From Chrysomallon squamiferum (taxonomy: Eukaryota > Animalia > Mollusca), in NCBI GenBank assembly GCA_012295275.1, contig CM022671.1, forward strand, positions 34,100,001 to 34,164,000: a stretch of 64,000 nucleotides of DNA, given 5' to 3'. Positions within the stretch are counted from its first letter, which is position 1, and every line of letters begins with the position of its first letter. The notes under the pieces are model-generated. The model made no database searches. It was not told the origin of the DNA and saw only the letters and a program-made list of their open reading frames with translations. The position numbers and the translations under genes were made by a program. Positions 43,317 through 55,762 of the stretch are shown here, in pieces.

Positions 43317-43738
43317 GTAAGATAGTATTGCATTATTTATAATATATTTGTCATGAAAAAAAAAAATCATTGTCTGTATAAAAGTAAAACAATTGTTGCT
43401 CCACTGATAAATGTAGTATTTATTTTGTGATATTAGTATTTTCTTTTGCCATTCATTAATAGCCAGCACATTTCTTTTTCTTTAAAAGAAAACAAAAGTT
43501 TAATTTGAGAGTTACCTGAACAATGAACATTTATTAATATATATTTTTAAAACAAAGTTTATGAATCCTTCAGATATACAAATTATCTTTGTTATCATTA
43601 CTTTACAGTCTTTTTATAACAAAAGAATATTTGTTTCTGTATTTGTGAATTTGTATTTATTTATTTACTTCTTACTTACTTTCTTCTCTGTCTGTCTATT
43701 TATTTATCTATTTATGCATTTGTTTGTTTGTTTAACAG

Positions 43739-43826
43739 ACATTTAAATTCTGAACATGTACTTGATGACCGAAGTACAGCTCAGGCTCGAGTTCAACTCC
43801 AGGTTGTCAGTCAACTAGAAATACAG
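43739..43826 (+). CDS. FoxP: FoxP exon 7, end of zinc finger and start of leucine zipper ([29 protein letters not shown])
   Basis: tttaacag| acceptor and CAG|gtaaaa donor; 88 nt, phase 2/0; near-identical to the Fox[24 protein letters not shown] motif. Confidence 0.97.
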
Positions 43827-44185
43827 GTAAAATGATTTAATAATAATAATAATAATCATAATGATTAGATGATGATGATAACAACAAAAACAACAATAAT
43901 AACAATACCAATAATAATAATCATAATAACAACATTGATAATAATGATGGCGATGATGATAATAACTTTGATAATAAGTTTAATGATAATAATGATGATG
44001 ATAATTTTAAAAAATAATTTCAGTTAATTAAGAGTTTCATTAATGATTATCAATATGTCTTTTAATTTATATAAAGAATAAAAATAAATAATGAAGTACT
44101 GCATTAAAAAAACTAAAATAAAAAAGTTTCACTTTTTTAAATATTAAAATTATATTTTGTTTTTAAAACTTGAAAATTAATTTAT

Positions 44186-44299
44186 TAATTAAAAATTCAA
44201 AGAAGACCTTTCACCTTACAAATTTAACAAATAACAATTTGATAAATATAAAAATAATTTAATTAAAAATTCACAGAAGACCATTCACCTTACAAATTT
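44186..44299 (+). repeat. 40-bp direct repeat (offset 74) covering the exon-8 acceptor region
   Basis: TAATTAAAAATTCA(A/C)AGAAGACC(T/A)TTCACCTTACAAATTT at 44186-44225 and 44260-44299, two mismatches. Confidence 0.92.
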
Positions 44300-44302
44300 C
44301 AG

Positions 44303-44527
44303 TTGTCTCGAGAAAAAGAATTGTTACAGTCCATGATGCAGCATTTACAAATGAAAACATATCAAAGTGAACAGCAGGCAGAGAGGCATGAAAAACAACA
44401 ACAGCAGCAGCAGCAACAACAGCAACAACAGCAACAGCAACAGCAACAGCAACAACAACAACAACAACAACAAAGTCAGCAATCTCAGCTGTCACCACAA
44501 ACAAAAGTGGAATCAAAATCAGAACCA
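44303..44527 (+). CDS. FoxP: FoxP exon 8, leucine zipper end plus Q26 tract (LSREKELLQSMMQHLQMK...KSEP); second in-frame donor at 44539
   Basis: aatttcag| acceptor; donors CCA|gtaacg (44527) or AAT|gtaatt (44539), both phase 0; L..E.E.LQ.MM.HL zipper motif. Confidence 0.92.
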
Positions 44528-44862
44528 GTAACGCTAAATGTAATTTGCTTTCTTCCTTTCTTTTTTTTTGAATTTGAATTTAATCTTTTTTTTCTTAATT
44601 AAGTCCATTATAATTTATTTATGTCTTTAGTTAAAAACATTTATACTGGAATACAGCTCTCTATATAGAATTATTATTTTTTATAATATAAAACTTTTTT
44701 TTTTGACACATATACTGAAACATACACACTTTCAGTGTTCTAAATTCTTTTATAAGAGATTTTTAAAAAATATTTTAAAACTAATTCTCTCATACTGATT
44801 ATTATTATTATTTTACTTTCCCAATAATAAAATTTGAAAATAAATCTCTCTCTCTTTCACAG

Positions 44863-45088
44863 ACGCCCATTTTATCAAAGCATCCAGCATTGTCAATCCC
44901 ATATACAACAGCTCCCTCTTTACCAGCTTTACCGGTTTCCATGGTAGCATCTCCCATAATTCCAATGGCATCACCCATGACACCCACTTCCCAGATTCCA
45001 CCGGCCACCTCATCGTTACAGACGCCACCATCATCAGGGACAATCAGGCGACGAGTTTCGGACAAGTGCAATCTTCCAATATCCGCTG
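44863..45088 (+). CDS. FoxP: FoxP exon 9, P/S/T-rich linker ending GTIRRRVSDKCNLPISA
   Basis: tctctttcacag| acceptor and G|gtaaat donor; 226 nt, phase 0/1; G.IRRR.SDK motif. Confidence 0.95.
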
Positions 45089-45258
45089 GTAAATTTCACA
45101 GTGAGGGCAAGTAATAGAAATTATTTCACGCTTTGGGGGAATCTATTACAGCTTGAGAAAGCTTTTGTATTGTTATTATTCTTATTCTTATTCTTATTCT
45201 TATTCTTATGATTGTTGTTGTTGCTGTTGTTATTGTTGTTATTATAGTATGTATAGTG

Positions 45259-45292
<34 letters not shown>

Positions 45293-45799
45293 TTTATTGT
45301 GACTTTTTTGCAAGTTTTACTAATTGCTATTAAAATTATTAATTAATTAATTAATTATTCTTATTATTATTATTATTAATTTTTTAGTACTGGTATCATG
45401 ATTAACAGCAACAACAACAACATTAATAATTATTAATAATATTTCTTATGATTTTCTTATGATTTTAATGATTAGTTTAACTAATTATTATTTATATTGT
45501 TAATTCAAATTTTTTATTAGTGTTACTAGTTTTTAATTCACATTTTGGAGGGGGTATGGGGACTGAATTATTACATAAGCTAGAAAAATAACCTCATATA
45601 CTTCATCATTTAAATTACATCATAATTCATCTTTCTGATTTTTATTACATCGTTTACTTTCTCAGTTGTCAGGTACCTTATTCAATAGATGCAATCACAC
45701 ATATGTGTGTGTTTGTCTATCTCTCTCTGTACATGAATGTGTATGTGTATATGCATCTACATAATTCTTTTTTTAATTTCAACAATTTTGTTTCTACAG

Positions 45800-45876
45800 A
45801 AATCCAAAGAAATAGAGATTTTTACAAAAGTACAGACGTGAGACCCCCTTTTACATATGCCTCATTAATAAGACAG
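45800..45876 (+). CDS. FoxP: FoxP exon 10, forkhead start ([26 protein letters not shown])
   Basis: tttctacag| acceptor and CAG|gtgtgt donor; 77 nt, phase 1/0. Confidence 0.97.
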
Positions 45877-46306
45877 GTGTGTATAATTGACAGGTCATGC
45901 ATAATTTAATGTCCCACACTGACATACATATGTAACTGATTTAATTAAATCTTTAAAAAAAAAAATAATAATAATAAATAAATAATTGAATTTGAAGACG
46001 TCTGAATGATAAAGTGGATTTTCACAAGCAGTATGGCTAATTATTAAAAGAATAATTAGAATGTTTAATGCTAAGTGGCTTAAATTTCTTTTTGCTAATC
46101 AAGGAATTAATTAATGCAAATTGTATTTAATAATAATGATGATGAAAATAGTATAATAATACTTTTTTTCTTTTTTTTTTTTTAATTACCAAAAAGTGAA
46201 AAAAAATAAAACAACAAAACAACAAAAAAGCAAAACCTTTTAAATCGTTGTTGCTATAAAACAGCTAAATGTTTTTGGTAATGTAATTTTTATTTATTTA
46301 TTTTAG

Positions 46307-46408
46307 GCAATCATTGAATCACCTCATCGTCAGCTCACATTAAATGAAATTTACCAGTGGTTTCAAAACACTTTTGCATATTTCCGTCGAAACGAGGCAA
46401 CGTGGAAG
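46307..46408 (+). CDS. FoxP: FoxP exon 11, forkhead core ([34 protein letters not shown])
   Basis: ttttag| acceptor and AAG|gttggt donor; 102 nt, phase 0/0; retains the FoxP hinge Ala (FAYF). Confidence 0.97.
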
Positions 46409-47412
46409 GTTGGTATTAAGACTTTTAAACTCTGAGTTTGATTTCTTTTCTTCTGTTGAATTTATAGTAAGCCATGTGAATTAATAAAGTTTTTGTCAAT
46501 ACCAGCATGCATACAAAGTGATAATGTACATTTGATGGTGTAAACAAATAAGTATATTTTACACAGTTACTCAAGTTCTTTTCAAAAAGAAGATATAATA
46601 GTTCTAAAAGGGAGTTTAGTATACTGGAGAACAGTCTTTACTAAGATGTTGAAGGAGGTGTTCATTTAACTTGTTATAGAATTACACACAGAAATTAATA
46701 AAAAAAATACTAATTTTTGTTTTATGACCTACAAGTTAAATATGTTTAATTAGTTTACACCACCATAGATACATGAAAAAATCTTTATATTTCAGGTTTT
46801 ATGTTAATTTAGGTTTTTTTGATGATTATGATGTAATCTTATTTCTAAATCAGTGTTCCAAGATTTGCTTTGCTGGTGAATTGTTTATTATTTATGCAAT
46901 TACAAATTAACCTTCCCTCTGCAATTATAACATCATCATCAACAACAACATAACATTGCATACTACTACTAATAATAATAAAAGAGGAAAATAAATAAAT
47001 AAAAATAAAATAAAATGATAAATGTAAAAAAAATAAAAAATAAGGTGACAGAATATGCATAGTACACATGTATTATATGTTACATGCATACATATGTTTA
47101 AAAACTTTTATTTTTCAAATACATAATACACATGTATTGATATATAACACAAATAAAATTATTTCTGTAGATGTTTAAATACACCATTTTCAAATAGTGT
47201 ATAAATCACATATTTTTAATAAGGTATCATAGCTTCAGTATAGCGAGTAACATGTATTAACTTGAACCAGTTCATTGTTACTGTTTTTAAATCTATAATA
47301 ATTTGTCTGCTGTTGAAGTGTCATTTTTGTGTTCAACGTTTTTTTTGGATTCATTAGGGTATAAAAAATACCACTTGAAATTTGTAATGATTTATATCTG
47401 TTTATTCAAATT

Positions 47413-47479
<67 letters not shown>

Positions 47480-49073
47480 ACACCAGTCATGTTAAAGTAA
47501 TAAAACATTAATAGCTGAAGTAGAAGACATAATGTTTTTTTTTTTTTTTTTTTTTTTTTTTTGTTTATGTATTCTTTGAAGGAGATATGAAAAACTTGAT
47601 GAATATTTATCATGTTGTCAATAAAGATCTATAATATTCAGTTTCATAAATTTTTAAATAGTAATTTTGACACTGTATTTTTTATTATTTTTTAAAAAAA
47701 CTTTTAGAATTCCTTTGAATAATGGTATTAACATAATTTCAGAATGTTATAAAATAATGTATGTGAAATTCATGAATAAGTGAATAACTGTATATTTTAT
47801 GCCTTATTGGATATATGCATGAATGTGTATTTGTATTTGAGTTTGTGTGTGTGAATGTGTGTTTGCTGGTTGTATTGTTTTGTCACATTTTTAAAATGTT
47901 TCATTAACAAAAATAATATTATTTCTTTTTCTTTTTAAAGAAAAGTAAAATTGGTAAAGAATCACCTAATTTTCTTTAATTTGTGGATATTAAATTTTGG
48001 AATTCTAATGTCATAAAAAATAAAAATAAAAACAAATAATATTAATAATAACTAAAAAATTATATAAAAATAATTAATTATAAATTAGGGAGAAAAAATC
48101 AGTGTAATGCTACATTCTTAATTTAGTTTAAATTCTTTAGTAAAATTCTTTAGCAAAATTCTATTCTTATTATTACTATTACTTCATAAATATTTTCTTT
48201 TTAGTGATAAAAAAATATATATATATATGTAACAAACAGATTTAAATTATAATTTTAAATGGAAAAATATAATCTAAATTTTGTAATAAATGACAATATA
48301 CTGTATAATAAGTTATAAATTAGAAGTTATTAAAATACTACATTTTCTTCTATGTGTTATATTATTAATAACTTATTCCAATTTTTCATGGAAATATGTG
48401 TTTCTTACTTTAAATAGATTGCTGTTTTCTCTATACTGGTTTTGCAGTATTTTCTATATGAAGAAAAATGCATTAGAAAGAAAGAAAGAAAGAAAATATT
48501 TTTAAAAATTATGAAAGTTGGAGTAGTATTTTAGTGTCTTGTTAGTCAATTTATTTTAGAAATAGAATTTTTCTTTCTTTTTTAATTTCTCTTCCTTTCT
48601 TTTTTTAATTTTGTAAAATTAGTTTATTTTTATTTACATCTAAGAAAAAAAAAATTAGCTTAGATTTCTCATAATACATAGATGTTTCATTTAGATGCTT
48701 CAAGATTTTCATCTGAAGGGACAAATAAATAAATAAATAAATAAATCAATCAAAGTAAAAAAAAAGATTATTGCAAGGGAAATAACTCTTATAATGTTTT
48801 GGGTCTAAGAGTAATAAAGGTGTTAGAGATGACAAAAAAAGAAGAAAATAATATTATAATTTTTCTTTTTTTCCTTGTACTCAATAAATGAAGTATGTAA
48901 CTCAAATTAAATAAATAAATAAATCAAACTAAAAATTAATAAAAGGAGATTGTTAAATATAAATATTATTTCTATTGCATTATTATTATTATCATTATTA
49001 TTTCATTTTCTAATTAAATGTTTTATTTTAATAAAACTATAAAACAACCAAAAGGTTTATTTATTTATTTATT

Positions 49074-49116
<43 letters not shown>

Positions 49117-49450
49117 TTATTATTATTATTAAATAGTAATTAAACATTCGTAACATTTTGGAATAACTGTATTAATTTTCAGATTATTATTCTTTGTTTT
49201 CTGCCAACTGAAACAGTGACAACAGTATATATTTTAGAGATAGCCATAGAATATATTATTTCTTTATTAGTCATTTTAGAAATCTTTTTCTTCTTTCTCA
49301 TCTTTTTTTCTTTTTCTTAGTCATCTGTTCTTATTAATATTTGTTTATTTATTTATTTATTTTTATTTCTTTCTGTTCTGTCTTTCTTCCCCTTTTTCTC
49401 TTTTGATTTGTAGACATGTAGTAAAGCATTTTCTTTGTGTTTCCGTGTAG

Positions 49451-49573
<123 letters not shown>

Positions 49574-49733
49574 TAGGTCTACAGATAATTATGTGCTTTT
49601 CTACTTTTATCCTTTTTTTTTCTTTTTTTTTCTTTTTTTTTTTTGGACTCTTTCTAATTATTGCTGTTTCTGTCCTTTTTGCCGCTAACAATTTTTCAAT
49701 CCTATTTTCTTTCCCACTTTGTTTGTTGCACAG

Positions 49734-49897
49734 AATGCTATTCGCACCAACTTGTCCCTGCATAAATGCTTTGTAAGGTATGAGGACGATTTCGGATCGT
49801 TTTGGATGGTGGATGACTTTGAGTTTATAAGGCGACGTCATTTGACCCGAGGGAGACCCCGAAAATATCATGAAAATGAAACTGCTGTTTCTGCACA
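49734..49897 (+). CDS. FoxP: FoxP exon 12b, alternative mutually exclusive forkhead C-half ([54 protein letters not shown])
   Basis: Branch-point-like CGCTAAC at 49683-49689, gttgcacag| acceptor and CA|gtaagc donor; 164 nt, phase 0/2 like 12a. Matches the FOXP1 exon-18b / insect isoform-B type [19 protein letters not shown]...RGRPRKY. Confidence 0.95.
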
Positions 49898-51094
49898 GTA
49901 AGCACATTTTTCTCTGTCTGCCAACTGTTGGTAAACATCGTTATTATGTAGACTGCATCACCCATAGCACTCTGTGCACCACCCATATCCCCTCCCAACC
50001 ATTTTTTTTTTATCCTTCTGCTTGTGCACTTTCTTCCAGTCCTTACACTCTCTTCCCATCCTGCTTGCTTTGTGTTTGCTTGCATATATTTAGTTACTAG
50101 CAAGTGTCATCCTTGTGGAAGAATGGTGCACACAGACAAAGAAAATACTTCCATAATTTGAAAATTAGAATATATATATATATAAACTAATAAGAATAAT
50201 GTATTAATTGAAAAAGGGGAAAAGCAATTTTAAAACCTGCTGTTTTAATAAATTAAAAAGTAATAATTTGCAGTTTTGAAATAATTACTACATCTCATTA
50301 TTTTTTTAACATCACATTTTGTATTCTCCCAGTGAGTACAAGAAAGAAAAATGGAGGGAGGGAGAGAGAGGGAGATGGAGAGAAAGAGATACCAAAACTA
50401 AATTCTAAAAATGATAATCTAAAGAAAGAAAATAAATAATAATAATAAAACCTTTTTAAAAAATACAAATAAAAATGAATTAATAAAAGTTTACAGAAAA
50501 GAAACAAATGAAGAAAAACAACCTATACAAAAATGTCAAAATCCAAAGAACTTTCAAATTTGGCTATAAATGTATTATCAAAAGACCTCAATCTGTCCAA
50601 TCCTTATACTTATAGTGACTACTAGTAGTCAGTTTGCATTGATGTGAATGATACAAAACATTCAGATAGTGAGACGATTCTGTAGAATGGTAAGTAATAG
50701 AGTAGAAACCAGCATGTACGAATCAGACTGAACTTAAACTAGTGTGTCAGATGAACTAGATTAGTGGATCAGATTAACATCTAGTATAGTGAAGAAATAC
50801 GTGTTATTCATCTAGAGAGCATGTTTGTAGCATGCTAACCTGAGTGTATGAACAGTTAATATGACCAGCAGCAGTTTAAAAAGAAAAAAGAAATATCATT
50901 TATTCAAATGTGCTGTAATGTGCTGCTCTGAGAAGTGATACCTCACAGGATTTTTTCTCTTTAATGTGCCAATGTGCTGTTCCCACTCTGAAGAATTAAG
51001 AAGCTTTATGATCATCCATACAGGAAGTGTATATATTTTTAAAAAAATATTTTAGCACATTTGAATACCAGAAATTAAAATCATTCAAATCATT

Positions 51095-51125
<31 letters not shown>

Positions 51126-52643
51126 TTGCCACTTCATAAATTACTGACTGCAGTAAGGATATTTTAAGTGTGTTTTCTCATAAACAGTAACACACTGTGA
51201 TTCACTTCTACTGGACAGGATTGACCATGCAAATGCTTTACCACTGAGATTCAACCTGTTCTTCTGAACAAACATCTACTGGATTCCAATTGACTGAAAT
51301 TCAGTAAGGTGCGGGGGAGATGAAAGGAAAAGGAAAAGGAATAAAAAAAAACCAGTATCACACTGATAATTTTATTTTTTTTTTTTTTTAATTTTTTTTA
51401 TTAACAATGTTTGAAAATTCTCGAAGCTACCCAATCCTTTCATTATTATTAATATTGCTACTGTTATTAATGAGGACCATATCAGTTTCTACAGTGTTAA
51501 TATTCTTTTGCTGATAGTTATGAAACCAAATGAATTCAAACAGAAACTATTTTTAATGGATTACTACTTTTATTTTCACCAGTATCTAAGGGTACAGTGT
51601 TTTCTAGCTCAAGGTTTTTCAAACCCATTAGAGGGTTGCAAAATAAATAAAAGAGGTGAAAAAAGTGAGAGCAAAAATCTCATTTGCACTCATTAGGTAT
51701 TGCAGTTTACAAGACTAACGGGACACTTGTTGCCATTTACACCGAAGAATGATTTTGAGTAATTAAACTTGTCATCTCTTTGGTTTAGGGTGAAAGAGGA
51801 ATTTGAACTTTTAAGTAAAACAGAATCTTGATACTATTTATTTGTGTGGAGAACGATTTTCCATATCAACTCAGTTAAAGATGAAAGATAGCAATGGGCT
51901 CAACACTGCTCCAGATATCCATGTAGTATTTGTCTTCCTGTGTTGGAATCAGCTACTTGATAACAAACAAGCACATCCTCTTCAAAAATGACTACTTTGA
52001 AAAAACAAGTAGTTTGTCAGATTTATTACATATAGGATTACCGGCTCACAGTACAAAATGCAGTTCTTGCTGTGGATCTAAGTAAATAAAGCTGCACCAG
52101 ACCATTTGACATCAAGCATTTTAGAACTCTTCTTCTTTTTTTTTCTTTTTTTTTTTCTTTTTAGCAGATTTAAGATTTTTATTTTACTTATAACATCCAC
52201 TGGATTTTCTTTCTGCATCTATCACCTTACTACAACTGTAGTGTTTTAAACTAATATTTTTATTTTTTTCATTTTTTATGCTTTTTTAAAAAACAACCTT
52301 GGAGAATAATTTGTGTTCACAGTAAAGAGGCCTGATTATAATTTGCAAATCAACATGTATTACAAGTTTTCTTTCCTTTTCTTTTTAACTTTCCCTTGAT
52401 ATTACAATCAATAATCCTTTTCCTCTGCTTTGAATTATCTCCCTTCATCTAAAAATAATTCATCATTCTTTTTTTCTTCTTCATTATTTTTATTTTTTTT
52501 AAATATATTTTAATTTCTGGAAATTTAAATATTCATGTTACTAAATGTTTAATAGTAAAATAATGAAAATTGATATTTGTACTTGGTAGAATTCAGACTG
52601 TTCTGTTCTTCATATCATTAGGAGTTAGAATATATTATTATTA

Positions 52644-52687
<44 letters not shown>

Positions 52688-53429
52688 CTCCTATAATAAG
52701 TTATTCATCTTAAAAGAATCATGCTGTGCAACAAACAATAACAATTACACTGTAATTTTCTCTACAAGCTTTGATTTTCTAGCTTTTCAGTTCTTATTCT
52801 ATTTCTTTAATATTACTTCATTTAATTCCAAATTAAATTGGAAGGTGAATAACAAAATTAGTTATCTTTTACTTACATGTTAGTATATATATTAAGATAT
52901 TAGATGTATCAGATAAATACTAATACTGATTTAATAATGTCTTCAGATAGTTTAATATAACATTATTATTTTGCATCTAATTAGATTCTATCAAAACTGA
53001 TTATTATGTATACATTCCATGGAATTTTTATTTTTTATTAGCCAAATTTAAAAAAAATATATTTAAATATAAATCTTCCTATAGACAGGAAAACAAATAA
53101 TCTTTGATAATTATAAAGTACTGACCAGAATGAGAACTAGTGTATGAAAGTATTAATCCTCCAAGCTGTTAGACTCAGTAGTCCAGATCTGATCACTGGC
53201 TGTAGCACAATAAATATAACTGTGATACACAGAGGCAGCAGTTTGAACAACACAATACTCAGCTCTGTTCCTATATTAAAATGAGATAAAATTAATTTTA
53301 ACCAAATAGAAAGAAAAAAAATGATAAATAAAATAGAGTAAAAAGTGAAATAATATAATAATAATAATAATAATAAAGGTATGAAATCTGATCAAAAATA
53401 TTTTTGTTTTATTTTCATGTTTCTTTCAG

Positions 53430-53625
53430 TGCAGTATTATTTTTATATACATATTGATATTTATTTATTTTTTTTTTTATTTTTTATTTTTCCATTCATT
53501 TAATTCTCAAATTTTCCTCATTTTTTCTTTTATTTTTTTTTTATTTTTTAAATCTTTGCAATATTATTTTTATATACATATTGATCTTAATTTATTTATT
53601 CATTGATTATTAATTCTCAAATTTC
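53430..53625 (+). repeat. Short diverged direct duplication
   Basis: TGCA.TATTATTTTTTATATACATATTGAT...ATTCATT...TAATTCTCAAATTT occurs twice. Confidence 0.75.
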
Positions 53626-53786
53626 TTCTTTTTTTTTTCTTTCTTAAATTTTCATTTTCTTCAGCAAATATGACAAATTTTAGCAAATAGTTATTTATTG
53701 TTATTTATTAGTAATACATTTTGCTTTTTAATTACTGCCAATTTCTAATTTCTTTTTTTTTTTTTTTTTTTTTTTGTTCACTGTAG

Positions 53787-53853
53787 CAATATGAAGAGTC
53801 CATCTATGTCGGACCCCTCGTCCTATAATGAGACGCTGAATGCAAGTCTAAGG
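53787..53853 (+). CDS. FoxP: FoxP exon 13 (NMKSPSMSDPSSYNETLNASLR)
   Basis: Long poly-T then cactgtag| acceptor, AGG|gtatgt donor; 67 nt, phase 2/0; LNASL motif. Confidence 0.93.
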
Positions 53854-54904
53854 GTATGTTTACAACAGTTAAACAGCCCCCTGGGTGACATCTCAAGAGC
53901 AGTAGAGGTACCTTTCATCATACTAGTAGAGTAGTTGGGCAGGTCAAAGGTTATCTTGCTTTCTGTGCAGAAATCACTGGCTTGTAACAGCCATGTTAAA
54001 TGAGCTTTCGTCTTTTGTGTTTAGTTTCTGAAGCTGTTGCAGTTTTACTTCCCAAAGTAGACATTTTGGTGCTTTTTTATTTTTTTTTGTGTGTTGTCAT
54101 ATTTTCTTATGTAAGTTTATTTTTTTGAGACTTTTTTTAAAAACACCACTGTTTAGTTAAATTTCTGGTATCTGGCTTTTGTCTTTATTTTATTTTATAG
54201 TGATGTTCTTTTTTTTCATATTTTCTTGTTTACAATCTTTTTGTTACTATCTGCTTTGGGGTATATATAAAAAAAAAGGTACCTTGCTGCTTGATTACAC
54301 TTGCTATATTTAGAATTAAATAGTTGGGGTTTTTTTAGGTGTTTTTTTTTTTAACTCAGTTAATATTTATATTTTACACTTTTACTTGTTTATTGGTTAG
54401 ACTTTATATACTTTTAAAATGATTCTTTTCTATTTTTTTTCTTTTGTCAGTTATCAGACTGAATTAATTTGAATCATTTTTTGTAAAACTAAAAATGGAA
54501 AAAGCATTCATATATTGGTTAAGAACATTAAGAACAAAATATTTGGTCTAAATTCAGTTAGAGGCAGATATTAATCATTTGTAAAAAAAAAAAAGAACCA
54601 AAAACCAATGACAATAATAATAATAAATGAATAAATAAATAAATTAAAATTTAAAAACAACGAAAAAACAAAAAAACTAAAATAAAGCAATATCTAATGT
54701 TTGTTACTTTTAAATAGTTTATAAAGTGGTTATTCATTTTAACATTTAATAAAAAAATAAATAAACATAAAACTAAAAAAAAACTAATTAACTAACTAAA
54801 TAAATAAATAAAAAAAAAAAAAAAAAAAAAAAATTAGAAAATATTACCAAACTACTGATATTTCTGAAGTTTCATCAAACATTTTGTTTATCTTCCACTT
54901 ACAG

Positions 54905-55044
54905 GCTGCACTTGGTGACCATCCCCTGGGTGACAACAGTCTGGCCATGCTGACTGCTGCACACCTCGGGGACCAGGAGAGTGCAGAAGATCTCTCTATG
55001 AAAAGTCATAGCAACAGTCAAGATGGCTTCCCTCCTACCAGCAG
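54905..55044 (+). CDS. FoxP: FoxP exon 14 (AALGDHPLGDNSLAMLTAAHLGDQESAEDLSMKSHSNSQDGFPPTS)
   Basis: ccacttacag| acceptor and AG|gtaaac donor; 140 nt, phase 0/2; completes LNASLR-AAL. Confidence 0.92.
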
Positions 55045-55458
55045 GTAAACAGTTACACAGAGATAGATGTCTGAATCACCAGTGAATGCTTTCTGTAATA
55101 ACTGCTAGACACATTCTGTAAAGCGGGCACTGCCAGTCTCAATGATATTATCTGAATAAAAAATTGAGAATGAATAACATTTGAATAAATCTTGCAGAGA
55201 TGGGGTTTTTTTTTTTAATTTTTTTTTAATCTTGAAAAATAAATGTAATAAAGTAAATAACATTTAGCCCAAATGGAGGAACAGTGGAAACATTGTATTT
55301 TTATAAAACAACAAAAATAAGAATATAGTAACAGTTTTTATTACATTTATGTGTGTTTGAACTTTAATTGTTTTTAAATTATAGATAAATGATGCTTGTA
55401 ATTTGTCTTATTAATTTATATATACATCCACATTTAAATAAATATTTATTCTCAACAG

Positions 55459-55762
55459 GGAAGAAGAAATGATGGCTGTAAAGCGAGAACCAGGCATGGA
55501 TCAACATGTTGAGTACTTGGAACCAGAGGACCCTGACGATGTTGACACAATGATGCATCGAGATGAGAATAATGGCGATGCTGTAGGTGATGAGTCAGGT
55601 GACATGATGATGGATGACCATGTTGATGATGTTAACGGTCATGGCATGGAAGAAACAACCAGTGAGCTGCTGGAGGCAGAGGAACAAGAGTTACTTGCCC
55701 TTCAGCAGATGCAACAAGAAGCGGCCATGGTGGCTGTTGCGGCACATTCCAGTGGAGTTTGA
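55459..55762 (+). CDS. FoxP: FoxP last coding exon 15, acidic tail (EEEMMAVKREPGMDQH...AAHSSGV*)
   Basis: ctcaacag| acceptor, phase 2, in frame with ORF 55469..55762; VKRE is a psi-K-x-E SUMO consensus like FoxP VKEE; TGA at 55760-55762. Confidence 0.93.
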
